This document shows positions 26,629 to 39,639 of a stretch of DNA of 64,000 nucleotides, in pieces; within the stretch, counting starts at the first letter, position 1; the number at the start of each line of letters is the position of its first letter. The translations under genes were made by a program, and so were the position numbers. This stretch comes from Octopus sinensis (Eukaryota), in the NCBI RefSeq assembly GCF_006345805.1, contig NC_043001.1, positions 30,566,001 to 30,630,000 on the forward strand, in the 5' to 3' direction. The notes under the pieces were generated by a model that was not told the origin of the DNA, ran no database searches, and was given only the letters and a program-made list of their open reading frames with translations.

Positions 26629-27621
26629 ACTGCTGTTGCTGCTACTGTTGTTAGGGATACTGTCATTGCTGGTTGTTATTGCTGTTATCGCTGGCGATGG
26701 TGCTGTTGGTTCTGTTCGCGTTGCTGCTGCTGTTACTATTGGTACTGACGTCCTTGCTACTGTGGTCGCCGTTAGGGGAGCAATTGATGCTGTTACTGCT
26801 AAGGTCAACGAGTAACTCGGCTTCGTAGACGATTCCCTTGGTTTCGCAGTGGCCCCCCTCACTGAGCATCTGTTGCGGTCCCTGCATGGACATCCTGTCT
26901 CTGCTCGTGGCCTAGGGGTGCTAACTAGAATGCTCTTAATATTGGGGACACAGCCAAAAGAGACCCTAACGTTGTGCCTGTTAAAAATGCGTCCGCATCT
27001 ATGTGAACTAGTGAAATGTTTATCTACTAACTTAAATGATATCTTACCTATAGACGTTTTTACGTTATGAGTGAAGCGGAGGGCGGGAGACCAAATGATA
27101 TTTCTGTGGCGCTTCCTTCTACGGATGATGGGGCCTGACATGTATGAGATGTGGTCCCTAAATCCGCTAGTAGCTAGGGCCTTGTTATAGTAGGGGGCTG
27201 CTGCATTAAAAATCTCTTGGTTGAAGGAAAGGTTCGTGATCCTCTTACTAACACCTTTCACCAGGTTTTTGAACACGATGGGTGGGTGACAGGAAGTTGT
27301 GTTGATGTAAGTTAGCCTCACATATGGCTTGCGGTAGGGCCTATATATACCGGAGCCCAAGTCGAGCGTGACATCTCAGAAGTCCGTAGTGATGAGGTTG
27401 GTCTCAATGTTGATTTTTAATCCCTTGGAGGCAAGTGTGTTAATTAGATCTTTCCTAAGCTTGTCTAGTGTGTGGTCGTTTGCTCCTCTAGAGATGGCCA
27501 AGGCGTCATCTCTATAGAGACCAAAGAGGACAGAGGGGAATTTTTTCTTAAGGGTATCAAGGATATACAACCCGATGAGGTCGCATGCATCAGCGATGTC
27601 GTAGGCCCTCATTGCTGTGTC

Positions 27622-28140
27622 AATTATTATTATTATCATTATTAATTGTCTTTGCACAGCTTCTAACGCTGGAGATGTACTACAGTGTCAGCTGTTCCCT
27701 ACCAGTGAACTAAGGTAAACACTCCTTATTTTTCGAGCACCATCCGGAGTATTCGAGTGGTTCCAAGCCGTACCGTTTTCTGCAAGTGTTCTACCCTTAT
27801 TGCAGCCCCTATTCGTTCCATGATTCTCAAGATTTTTACTCACTGTTCCCAGGGCTCCGACATTTATTGGTACTACTACCACCTTTTTTCATCGACCACA
27901 ACTGCTTAAGCTTCCACGCCAACCTGTCATATCTATCGACTTTTCTTTCTTCCTTGACGCATACCTTGTTGTCAAGCTGGGCATGCTATATCTATGATCC
28001 AGCATCGTTTGCTTTCTTTCTCAATTAACACTATGTCTGGCTTCCTATTCTCTATCTCATGGTTGCACCGAATCATAAAATCCCAAAGAATATTTGCATT
28101 ATCATTTTCGATGATGTCTTCGGGTTTATGTTCGTAATAT
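27622..28140 (-). mobile_element. 3' fragment of an R4/Dong-like non-LTR element (restriction-like endonuclease) nested in the PLE
   Basis: Remnants LWDF..PDIV..K..C.IIDIA.P.D..EEEKVDRY..L..LWSMKKVVVVPINVGALG, with a (TAA)n-like tail at ~27622-27642. Confidence 0.7.
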
Positions 28141-28249
28141 TATTTACACACACGAAGAAAAAGCACACATAAGTGGAATGGTTACACCCCTAGCATAGGC
28201 CACAACACACACACAAATATATATGTTTATTCTATACACACACATACAT

Positions 28250-28299
<50 letters not shown>

Positions 28300-28323
28300 C
28301 AAAGTTAGATAAGGCCGGTTTAT

Positions 28324-28384
28324 GGGATTACCATGGGTTTCCCGTCCGTAAAGGGTTCAGCTTTATGGTGTATCATCAGACCCC
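28324..28384 (-). ncRNA. Hammerhead motif in 5' pLTR
   Basis: Minus strand: GGGGT-CTGATGA-tacaCCATAAAG..CTTTACGGacgg-GAAA-CC-CAT-GG-TA-ATCCC. An inverted copy lies on + at ~28451-28507. Confidence 0.75.
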
Positions 28385-28790
28385 AAAACTTGGCCTAAAA
28401 TCTCTTCAAATATCTTAATATTTTGAAGGGGTCTTAGAACAAGTTTTGCTGTCTGACGATCGCCATAAAGCTAAACCCTTTATGGACAGGAAACCCAGGG
28501 TGATCCCATAAACCGGCCTTCCCTACTTTTAATATATACTGCTCTACATCTTAGAGTGTGCTTCTCCGGATTTATGTTTTCTACAAACGATATATATATA
28601 TATTTTCTTTTATTCTTTTATTTGTTTCAGTCATTTGACTGCGGCCATGCTGGAGCACCACCTTTAGTCGAGCAAATCGACTTATTCTTTGTAGGCCTAG
28701 TACTTATTCTATCGGTCTCTATTGCCGAACAGCTAAGTCAAGCGATGTTGGGGGGGGGGGGGACAAGCACAGACACACAAGCATATACAT

Positions 28791-28823
<33 letters not shown>

Positions 28824-29101
28824 CGACGGACTTCTTTCAGTTTCCACTCACAAGGCTTTGGTCGGTCCGAGGCTATAGTAGAAAACACTTGCCCAAGGTG
28901 CCACACAGTGGGACTGAACCCGGAACCATGTGGTTGGTAAGCAAGCTACTTACCACATGTTCATACTACATCTATATATATTTACACATACACACACACA
29001 CACACACATTGAGTATGAACACATAATGCTGACATTTCAAACTTCGACCAAAAACGTAGTCGGATCCAATATTTCATTGAGCCAGGTGATATGAAACAAA
29101 A

Positions 29102-29228
29102 TTGGGCGAAAGTAAAGAATACGTACACCCGGTGTTTAGGGTTAGGGTTAGGGTTTAAGGTTAGAATTAAGGTTAAGGTTTTTGTTACGCCGAAAACGGG
29201 TCATGTACGTATTCTTTACCTCTGTCCA
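29102..29228. mobile_element. Small MITE-like element with internal (TTAGGG)n
   Basis: Inverted GTAAAGAATACGTACA / TGTACGTATTCTTTAC enclosing TTAGGG repeats. Confidence 0.7.
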
Positions 29229-29761
29229 AAAGTGATTCAGGCATAGTTTGAAATCAGAATATGAAGGGATGTTATTAATTAATACCCTATGTCTCTGCAG
29301 GTTTTGATATCTAACTGCCTTTTATGTGTGCAAATATTAACATGTATATATACACATACTTTCTAATATGTATTTACTTATATTTGAATAATTCTTTTTT
29401 TTCTTTCTGTCTCTATATTTATAATCATTATCTTTTTTCTTTCTGTCTCTATATTTAAGATCATTATCTATTTCATTTTGAAAAATAAAAATTTACAAAT
29501 AATTAAATGAATAATAAAGATTAGTGGCATATATATATATATATATATTTTTTTATCTCTAACGGAACGATCTTTGTAACTTTAAAATCTTTTAATCACG
29601 TTACTTTTACATCTTTTTACTTTTTAAGATTCTTTTTTTTTCTTTTTTCTTTAATTCATTTCAGTCTTGAGACGACACTTTACCAACCCTCTTCCGGTTT
29701 GAAACTTGATCTCCTGAGCGTAATTGTTATCGGTTTATACTGGTTACCGGGCGACCGTCCA

Positions 29762-29796
29762 TATATAAACTGATTGTTCAGCTCTTATTTTCAGTC
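29762..29796 (+). promoter_or_regulatory. Core promoter of cathepsin D gene: TATA box plus Initiator
   Basis: TATATAAA at 29762-29769 and TCAGTC Inr-like motif at 29791-29796, ~30 bp apart, ~35 nt upstream of the ATG at 29827. Confidence 0.7.
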
Positions 29797-29826
29797 AGTT
29801 GGCTTGAGATTCACCCGATTGTAAAC

Positions 29827-29888
29827 ATGAGATCCCTTCTATTCCTTACTATTTGCATGGCGTTTGCCACTTGCCATGCTCTTCATAG
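29827..29888 (+). CDS. CTSD: Cathepsin D-like lysosomal aspartic protease, exon 1 (signal peptide)
   Basis: MRSLLFLTICMAFATCHALH(R), a hydrophobic signal peptide. AG|GTAAG donor; phase 2 matches exon 2. Confidence 0.85.
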
Positions 29889-32800
29889 GTAAGCTATTTT
29901 TTTATTTTGCCCGTGTTACAATTTAGATCGGTGACAGCCTTGTCACCAATATTTATTATTATAAACCAACTATTTATTATTGTAAACCAAGTATTTATTA
30001 TTGTAAACCACTTTCACATGACCGATGTATGGTGCACTGAATTATGATGTGCCTCATTTCTTCTAACAACTGTTAAATTCTACCCTGAAACCCTGGGTTA
30101 TTATTATTATTATTTACTATTATTATTATTATTATTATTATCTTTTTTCGACCTTTTATGTTATATGCAGTTGAAAATAATAGTTTCGTTGGGCATTTGA
30201 GCTTAAAAGGAAGGCCTGACAAAATCAAGTACACAATTTTTTTCTGTTGTGACCGAGAACATGATTCCCAAATAAACGTTAACCTCATTCCTTTATTATT
30301 TTATGTTGGATAAGTGTTAAGATTGAGATCAAAGCATAATCAAACTTGGGTCACACGATCTTACGGACACTTTTGAGTCATTCATTGAATATCCATTCCT
30401 AATCCTTCGTCTAATATAAATGTGAATGGCTGACGTTACTATAAAGATAATTGTGCAGCTGATTTATTACAAATAACAAAGGAAATATTCTGATAAGAAA
30501 CTTTGTTACTAGGATTATGCTTACAAGATACATGCGTATATGTATTTATATTACAAATAACGGTACCTACGTAAATACATGTATTGGATTTGATAATTTC
30601 AGACGTGATATTTATTTCTTCTTTGTTGCTTTAAATAAATAATTATTAATTATTTCTGAAAGACTCATTAAAATTGAACAAAGAAACCTGCTGGATTCAT
30701 CGAACTGAATGAAATCACATCGCAGGTTTCACGGAAAAACCACGTAAAATAAATAAACAAGTTTTACTAATTGTATGAAATAATAAATGTTTTTTAAAAA
30801 CTCGCAACGGATTTTGGAACTAATTTGAGAAAGTCATCTTCGTGAACAAAATCTCATACCTCTATATTGTTTTTGAAATATTTTGTGTAGGGTAGCAACA
30901 TATTTTGTGATCTACAAAATATGATATACAGATTTTGTTTTCGTCATATCTATAATTAATCGATATTAAGGACATGGGGGTAACTCTACGTAATCACTTG
31001 CTTTCTAGAAAGAAATAAGTCAGTAGCCTCTGATGACACCATACCGTTTTTAAGAGAGACACATCATTCATGCTTTAAAAGCATTCGTTTGAACGAACGA
31101 GATTTTTTGGTAAATCTGTTGACCTAGGGCTAAACAACAAATTAAGGATGTCCAAGTTTTTGATGCATTTAAATTGTATATTTATTTATTTATTCTTGCA
31201 TGAATTTGATCTGGATCTACTTTTACTGGTTGAGGGTCGATTGGCTTCCTTTGTATGATGCGAAAATGATAATTGAACTATTTCATTGTAAGGTGTTATT
31301 GTTCCAAGAATTAGGAGTTGCCAGTTTTTTTTGCCAGTTTTTTTTGCCAAGGCAGCTGAGTGTCGAAGAAAAATACTTTTTGTTACGTAATTTCTCTCGT
31401 TTCTTCTTTTTTCCCCCACCTAATGGCTGCAACGATATGAAACTACGTAAATAAATCAGCGTATTCTATGTTGTCTGTTGATGTAGCCTAGAAATATTGA
31501 TTTTTATGCACATACAACCTCACCTCAGATGTATGAGATCGTGTGGTGTTCATGTTTTCTCGAGGCCGCGAGTAATAAACTAAAAGGAGTTAGAAATAAG
31601 GAGCGAATGGATCGCTGATTCGCATGACAGGAGATAAAACCGTTTGTTACAAGATTTACTCCCACATCAATAGTTTTTGTAATATCCAACTGAAGCGAAA
31701 AGTAGTAGATTATCAGTACCACGATGCGCCAAGGCCAATTTCGGTCTTTTTGCTGCATTGATGTCATTGAAGATAAAATGTGGTCGCATCGCGATTTGAC
31801 CTTTCATGAATTAATTTGTCACACGCAAAGATTCTGTGTCTTTGGATAGAATGGATTTGGTTGACATATTCCAAGCGCCTCTGTCGTAACTGGATGCTTT
31901 GAATCTTATTACCCCAATAAACGAAACAATGTATTTTGATTTAAGCTTTATATTGTTGAAGACAAGTAAAATCTAACGTTGTCTGGGTTTTTTTTTTGTG
32001 ATTGTCATCAAAGAATTTTTAAATAGCTTAATATTTTCATTGAAAAAATATTTGGCCATGATCCAAATGACAATTCTGTAAGTCAAAACGAAGGATGACT
32101 CTGACCATTTTTCGTTTTGACTTGCAGAAATGTCATTGTTGTTCGTTAATTTTCGTAAAATTACTTTTTTTTTTACTTTAGTTTTAAAGTGAAAGGTATC
32201 TGTACGTATATATGAAATGGAGGTGTGTGTGTGTAAGAGAGAGAGAATGAAGTGGGGTGTTGTCATGTATACGTTTATACCAAATATTTTTCATACTCTA
32301 TTTAATAATGAATGTATAATTTTTACTCAAGGTATGCTTGTATGCACGCAATTGTTTGTGTGATTAAGGAGTTCGTTTCGCAACCACTGGTTCTTGCTGC
32401 GTGACACCATGAGAATGTTTTCTTCTATCGCCTCAAATCAGATGAGTGAATTTGGTAAATGGAAACTATAGAGAAGCCCTTCGTGTAGATATATTTGTTT
32501 GTATTTTGACATTGTTTACACACTGCGTAAAAACAATGCCACTTGCATCAGCCATAAAAACATATCCAGTTGGATTGCGGTTCGTTTAGAAATTCAGATG
32601 AATAAGTAGTTGGAAACAAGGAAGGCATCTGGTCTTAAAATACTGCGCCAACATGTAATCAAAGAAAATGAACGTAAAAATAAAGATATACACAGTGGAA
32701 GTCGCTTATTGTGATCATTTTGAAACGAAACTTTTGACCACAGTAACCGGTTGATGACATTACCCAGCATTATAATATCTTCATCATTTAACATCCATCT

Positions 32801-35399
32801 TCCATCCATACTAGCATGAGTTTAGGTCTGCATCGTGCTCTACTGTCTACTTTGACATGGTTTCTATGGTTGGTTGCCCTTAACACAAGTCATTTTACAC
32901 AGTAATGGGTGTTTTTGTTTTGGGGGGAAGGGCACCAGCACTGGTAAGGTTGCCATGCAGCTCACAAAACTAAGCAACTAAGCTGCCCCTGCAACTGAAT
33001 GGGGCTACTGTAGAGAGGGAGGTAACTCAATGCTAGATGAGAGGCCAAAGTATGAAACAAAGGGCTGGAACGGGTTTCTTGCTGTAGAGGGTAGCTGTTT
33101 GCATTATAGAAGAGTGGGTAAGCGTAACCAGGTAAAGCTCGAAAGAAAGATAAAATTGTGGCGATGAGGTGTGAAGGTGGACCCTCAAGTTATATATATA
33201 CATCTTTATCTGTATATTTACCTTCCCTAAGATGTTATTACTTGATTTGAAAACTTTTATATTATTGGAAAACCTATATGAATTGGCTGAAGATTACTCA
33301 GCATCTTAAATCTGCTGTAATATTTACAGCTTTTAATAAAATGTTGTAGTATGAAACAATTGTACTAATATATATATATATGTGTGTGTGTGTGTGTCTA
33401 CATATATATATGTTTTTTATGTCTATTTTTCAATGCTAGCATAGATTAGGTGAATATATTATTGAGGTGATGTTTCACAGCCAAATGCCCTTCCTGTGAA
33501 TAACCATTAACTGTTTTCAAGTAAGGGATCATTTACTAATGTCTTTGAAATTGAAAAGCAAATGGACAGAGAAATGACAACGCTTTTGTAGCTTTCAGTT
33601 TTCATAGAATGAAAATGTAAATACACAGACACATACACAATGAGCTTCTTTCAGTTTCTATCTACCAAATTCATTCACAAGGCTTTGGTGGGCCCAGTTG
33701 AACACACTTGTCCAAAGTACTACACAGTGAGATTTGAACCTGAAACGATATGGTTGACTATACACAGCATAGATCATAATGTTAAATGAGGATTTTATAT
33801 AATACATGCACACAAAGTGTGTGTGTGCGCATGTCCTTTGTAAAATGACAATTGGATTGTGGCCTAATATGAGGGATGCTACAGATAAATTTTAGTAGAT
33901 GGCATGAAATCTCTCCAGAAGCAAGACAATATTCAGAATCACTAGAGATGATATTGTCGGAATTATTTGGACTTTGGAGTAGCAGCTTACCTCAACACTT
34001 AGAGTTCAAATACTACTCCAGTATTTTGTGAGTGAAATTTGATATATGGAAACTGTGTGTGTGTATGTTTATACCAGTCTAAAATAAACAAGGCTACAGT
34101 CCAGTGGCTGAAGCCAATAAAAGAGTCACTACTTCATCTGAATGATGCTAAATCATTGATATTTATAATGCCGAAGTTTGTTGTCTTTTTAGATCTGTAA
34201 ACCTTGTTTGTCATTGTTTAGTCCCAGGTCAACAATTATTGAGTAGACTTGATGATCTGTAGCATTCCAGCTGTTATAGAAGTATAAGTGAAGGGAAATT
34301 TGACTAGCCTATCGGGTAACCATAAAGTTTTACTTGGCTTGTTATAGCCGTTATTATAGATTAGTGACAAAGTAGTGTATAAAATGGTTATTTTATTTCA
34401 TGAATTTCATTCTATTCATTCTATCCCTTTTTAGTATCAAGTTTATTTATGAAAATTTCATTAAATGGTTACATCAATAAAGTGAGGCACAAAGCATCTG
34501 TGTGTGACATGTTTTTATGTAATGGTGTGGTGGAGTGGCTGGACTGATTTTATAGCATTTTCAATTGTCTTTCATGAACTGAATGAAGCAGTGATGAAAA
34601 CAACTTTCAAAATAATTTCTAAAAAATTCTTTCCAAATTGACAAATTAGCTCCTACTGCTATGAGTTAGCTGAAGGCAGGTTAGCACACAAGTGTTACTC
34701 AACTGAATTCATATACATTTCTAACCTTAAATCTTTCACCAAATATGTAGCCATCACTTGAACTTTAAAAAAAAAAAAAAAAAAAAATCTCAAACTTATG
34801 ACAAATATTTGTTGCCAAAAATTTATATAATGATCTACAACTACCTCATTTTAATTGTATTGCAATGCTATTGCTAAGTTAGTTTCTTTTCAGTATTATA
34901 GTCCTTATTAGTCCAGTATATTGTTTTACTGTTTTAATCTTTATTAGTAATGTAGTTAACCACCCCCTTCTCTCATATTCTGTGCTTATCCTGCTTATAA
35001 ACTTTTCCAGTATTTGGCAGCATATAAGATGTAAATTTTTCAATGAATGTCACAAAGAAATCAACTGGGGTCCTCCAATATGCAAAATTGGGTCTTCCAT
35101 ATACTTTAGCTCTTGAGCATTCAGATTTCTTTTGTTTAATGCAATGCTTATTTACTCACATTGCTTTGAATTAGTCATGTGTTACCTTGTAGCTGTGAGA
35201 TGTCAATGACATGATTGTTTATTTTTAGAATAGTATTGTATTGTAAGTGTGAAAGGCTGGATCTGGCCAGTTTGAGGATAAAGCAAGTAGATTATTTCGG
35301 CCAGATACTGCCGGTTTAAAGTTAAGAGAGTTTTCCTGAATATGCACTGTTGAAATTGGGGTATGTCAAATGACTATGTGTCTTTTATGCCATCAATTA

Positions 35400-35802
35400 T
35401 GGTTACCAGCGTCACCTTACTGGCACTTGTGCCTGTGCTAGTGGGGTGCTAAGAGCACCATCTGAGCGTGATCATTGCCAGAGTGGCTAACTGGCTTCCG
35501 TGCCAGTGGCACGTAAAAGGCACCATTTGAGCGTTATCGTTACCAACGTCGCCTTACTGGCACGTGAAAAGACATTCAAGCGAGGTCGTTGCCAGTACCA
35601 CCTGACTGGCCCCCCCGTGTCGGTGCCATGTAAAAGCACGCACTACACTCTCGGAGTGGTTGGCGTTAGGAAGGGCATCCAGCTGTAGAAACTCTGCCAG
35701 ATCAAGATTGGAGCCTGGTGCAGCCATCTGGTTCGCCAGCCCTCAGTCAAATCGTCCAACCCATGCTAGCATGGAAAGTGGATGTTAAACGATGATGATG
35801 AT
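35400..35802 (+). mobile_element. SINE-like repeat with (GAT)n tail and internal GTGGCACGTAAAAAGCACC tandem units
   Basis: TTGGCGTTAGGAAGGGCATCCAGCTGTAGAAAC..CCATGCTAGCATGG..GTTAAACGATGATG. Copies at ~36209-36445(-), 38150-38615(-), 46965-47326(+), 52447-52685(-), 53843-54360(-). Confidence 0.8.
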
Positions 35803-37244
35803 AATTTCACTGTCAAATAATATTACGATTGAAACACTTAATATGATTTTCCAGTGACACGAGGAAAATATTTTGCAGTAATGTAAGCTGTAAAAATAGG
35901 ATTTCAGCTGATGGTGTTGTTTTGAAAATCATAACTATTATTTATTTAACCCCCACCCCACCAAAAAAAAAAACCCTTTTATATTTTACATTGTTTATAT
36001 TTTAATGACTTCTATTGTTATGCCAACAGTGTATGTTTAGCCATTGCCAGAAATGCTTTTCCCTCTTGATTGCAGTCGTTTCAGGTCATTTGTATCACTT
36101 CTGCTCTTAAAAACACCTAATTTCCTTATTAATTTAAAGTAAGAAATTAATTGATGTCTATCGTTTAAAAACCATCACTCAATGAATACAACTTGTTGAA
36201 CTCATATTCATCATCATCATCATCATCGTTTAACGTCCGCTTTCCATGCTAGCATGGGCTGGACGATTTTGACTGAGGGCTGGCGAACCAGACTCCAATC
36301 TTGATCTGGCAGAGTTTCTACAGCTGGATGCCCTTCCTAACGCCAACCACTCCGAGAGTGTAGTGGGTGCTTTTTACGTGCCACCGGCACGGGGGCCAGT
36401 CAGGCAGTACTGGCAATGACCTTGCTCGAATCTTTTTACACATGCCATTTACTACATTCCTTTATTCTTTTTGCTTCAGCCATGCTGGAGCACCACCATG
36501 AGAAATTTGAGTCAACTAATCAACCCCAGTACTTATTCTATCAGTCTCTTTTTCTGAACCACAAATATCTATAGTAGTATTTCTCAATATTTTTAACTTT
36601 GAACTTTTAGAGAGAAAAAAATTTACTAGTGCTATTCACATGGAATGTTATGGAAAATTGTTTGAAAGTTAAAAAAAGAAAAATTTAGAAAATATACAGA
36701 AAAATATTGCTTGCCTTGCTTTATTAAAAATATATTTGATGATATTAGGGATTGCATATGAGGATTATTTAGTGCATGTTCTTGTGTCTTCTACTGAAGA
36801 CACTGGCTGACCACTACCTTGTGTATAACAAAGTTGTTCAATAACGTGTTTTTCAAAACTTTTTCTCAAGCATGAGTATAGATTTTATAAAGCCTTTAAT
36901 TATATTTTTAAAGTATGCAGTGCATTCAGATACCCCTTGTGGAGCAGTTTGAGACTCACTGGTATACAGTAATTACTGTCTTTGATGGCATACAAAAAAA
37001 AAAAAAAAGCCCATGGTACCTATATGTGAAGTTGAACCTCCTATAAGCTAATTTTGTCTCAGACTATCTCCTTTCCAAGTGTATGCTGCTGAAATTGGGG
37101 TGAATCTAATAATTCCCATGCAGCTTTTCAAATGCTGTATGTATTGATATTTTCAGTATTGGTTTTATTGCTTCTAAGTATATTGTTTATTTTCCTTCTA
37201 AAAATGTTCTGTCAACCACTTTCATTGTCTTTGTTTTCTTACAG

Positions 37245-37386
37245 AATCAAATTACATAAGATGACCAGTGTCCGACATGATCTCTTGAGCAAGGGAACCT
37301 CCATGGAAATGTTGAAATACCTCAACCCTCTTGTTTCCACCAGATATGGAGGTCCTGTTCCAGAGCCTCTGTCTAATTATCTTGAT
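37245..37386 (+). CDS. CTSD: Cathepsin D exon 2 (propeptide and start of mature enzyme)
   Basis: ttacag| then (R)IKLHKMTSVRHDLLSKGTSMEMLKYLNPLVSTRYGGPVPEPLSNYLD then |gtaa. RIxLxK and PEPLxNYLD are pepsin-family motifs. Confidence 0.93.
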
Positions 37387-37584
37387 GTAAATTAATTTTC
37401 ACATTCCTTTTTTTACTTCTTTTTTGTTTTACACACACATAAGTGTGAATGTGCTTTCTCAAAAATATTTGATTACAATATTTGGGATTGCATATGAGAA
37501 TTATTTAGTGCATATTCTTGTCTTCCACTGAAGTCTCTGGCTGACCACTGCCTTGTAAGTTTGAAACAGAAACTGTATCAAACC

Positions 37585-37621
<37 letters not shown>

Positions 37622-39471
37622 AGAATGAAGGACTATGAATGTTTGCATTTTGTACTCTGGTGTAATGGTAAATGTTGACAATTTCATCAGCTAATACATC
37701 TTTTGAAGATGTGTGGAATACGAAAATCCCTTGCTTGAAAAACAAGCAAGGGTTAGTACAAGAAGGGAGTTTGACTACAAGACATACCTCAATGATATGT
37801 ACTTGTCTAACCCAAGTTAGCACGAAAAAGCAAATGTTGAATGTGTGTGCATATTTGCACCGTTTTCTTTTTTCTCCTGGAAAAGGCACTGGTTTTCATT
37901 TGGCATCGTACACCAACTGCAAGCAAGAGTGATGTGTATATGTGTGTGCTTGTGTGTGTATGTTGCTTTCCAACCATATGGTTTAGGGTTCAATCCCATT
38001 GCATGTCTCTTCTGCTATTGCCTTGGGCTGGCCTAAAACCTTGTGAGTTTAAATTTTATAGACAAAAACTGAAAAAATCCTGCTGTATGTATATATGTAT
38101 GGTTGTGTCTCCTTGTTTTGACATCGAGTGGTTGCTTAAATAAATATCATTCATCATCATCATCGTTTAACGTCCGTTTCCCGCACTAGCACGGGTTGGA
38201 TGGTTCGACTGGGGTCTGGGAAGCCAGGGCTGCACCAGGATCCAGTCTGATCTGGCAGTGTTTCTACAGCTGGATGCCCTTCCTAACGCCACCCACTCCG
38301 CGAGTGTAGTGGGTGCTTTTTACGTGCCACCTGCACAGATGCCAGGGGGGCCTGGCATCGGCCACGATCGGTTGGTGCTTTTAACGTGCCACCGGCACGG
38401 AAGCCAGCCAAGGCGGCGCTGGCATCGGCTACGTTTGGATGGTGCTTTTTATGTGCCGCCGGCACAGAAGCCAGTCGAGGTGGCGCTGGCAACGGCCACG
38501 TTCAAATGGTGCTTTTTATGTGCCACCGACACAGGTATCACAACTACTATTTCCATTGATATTTGTTTCGATGTTCGTGTACATGCACTTGACTCAACAG
38601 GTCTCCTCAAGCACAGCGAGTCTCTATATATATAAACGGCAAAATGTCTACGTGTGTGTCCTTTATACAAATCCACAATTTTTCAGTTAGAGGGCTTGCA
38701 CTTTCTATGGTCATTCAAAACTGTCCAAGGGTGGTCATGCACATCTTTGTATTTCCCCAGTCAGCCTGCAAGGCCATTAAAATAGATATTTTGTCTATTT
38801 CTTGCTCTTGGATTACAAAAGCAAATTCTTCAAAGTTAGAACTAACATCCAGGTTGTTAATCCAGAATAGACTGCACATCTCTATTTGCATCTATGTATA
38901 TATAGATGTTTATGTGTAAATATATATATGTAATGTATTGTTCTATCATTGGTGAGATCAACAAAAAAATTCAGAGATTCAGAATTCCCTTCAGCATTGA
39001 TATAAGCAATGTAACAGTTGAAAACACTTGAGGTTCTTATGTTACATCTCTCCCTCTCACCTCACTACATTGTTTTATTTCCAGCAGTTTCACAGCATTA
39101 CTGTTTCATATGCATATGCTCTGCTACAACAAAGTTAGAATACATGAAAATGTGTCCATTTGTTATAAATTGCAATTCCTGCCTTTATATAGTATTTTTT
39201 TTCAAAATTTTGAGCCCCCCCCCCCCAACTGTACACAGACATCTCAAAAGTAAATAGACACTCCTCTTAACCCATTTTACCTGTGTGGACACTGCTCATT
39301 AATATGATGTCCAAATGGGTTAAATCTTTGAAAACTATATAAAGAAGGTCTCGATACCAGATTAAGTATTTAAATGCTTCAAATGACATTTTGTTTCATG
39401 AAATAAATCTTTCAAAATAGAGGTGCCTATTTACTTTTGACATGTGTATATTCGATATGAATAAATCCTAA

Positions 39472-39639
<168 letters not shown>

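Larger units (their letters stand above)
25327..28525 (-). mobile_element. Penelope-like element with direct and inverted hammerhead-bearing pseudo-LTRs
   Basis: RT remnant AM..YD.A..CDLIG..FGLYRDD, then YRPYRKP..HPP..YYNKALATSGF and GIY-YIG (GIVY..YIG..CKLC..LNSRTE..CLH). Repeat ATCAAAGTTAGATAAGGCCGG at ~25328 and ~28298; inverted copy at ~28450-28520. Confidence 0.88.

Noticed and set aside
25563-27600. Selenocysteine-encoding PLE
   Set aside because: The conserved Cys positions I could read are Cys codons, and no convincing SECIS was seen.
38300-38535. CRISPR-like array (recurring GGTGCTTTTTACGTGCCACCGGCAC with variable spacers; also ~35480-35640, 47000-47160, 54005-54215)
   Set aside because: Eukaryotic context with no cas genes. 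The spacers are related to each other and the array is the internal tandem region of a SINE-like repeat.
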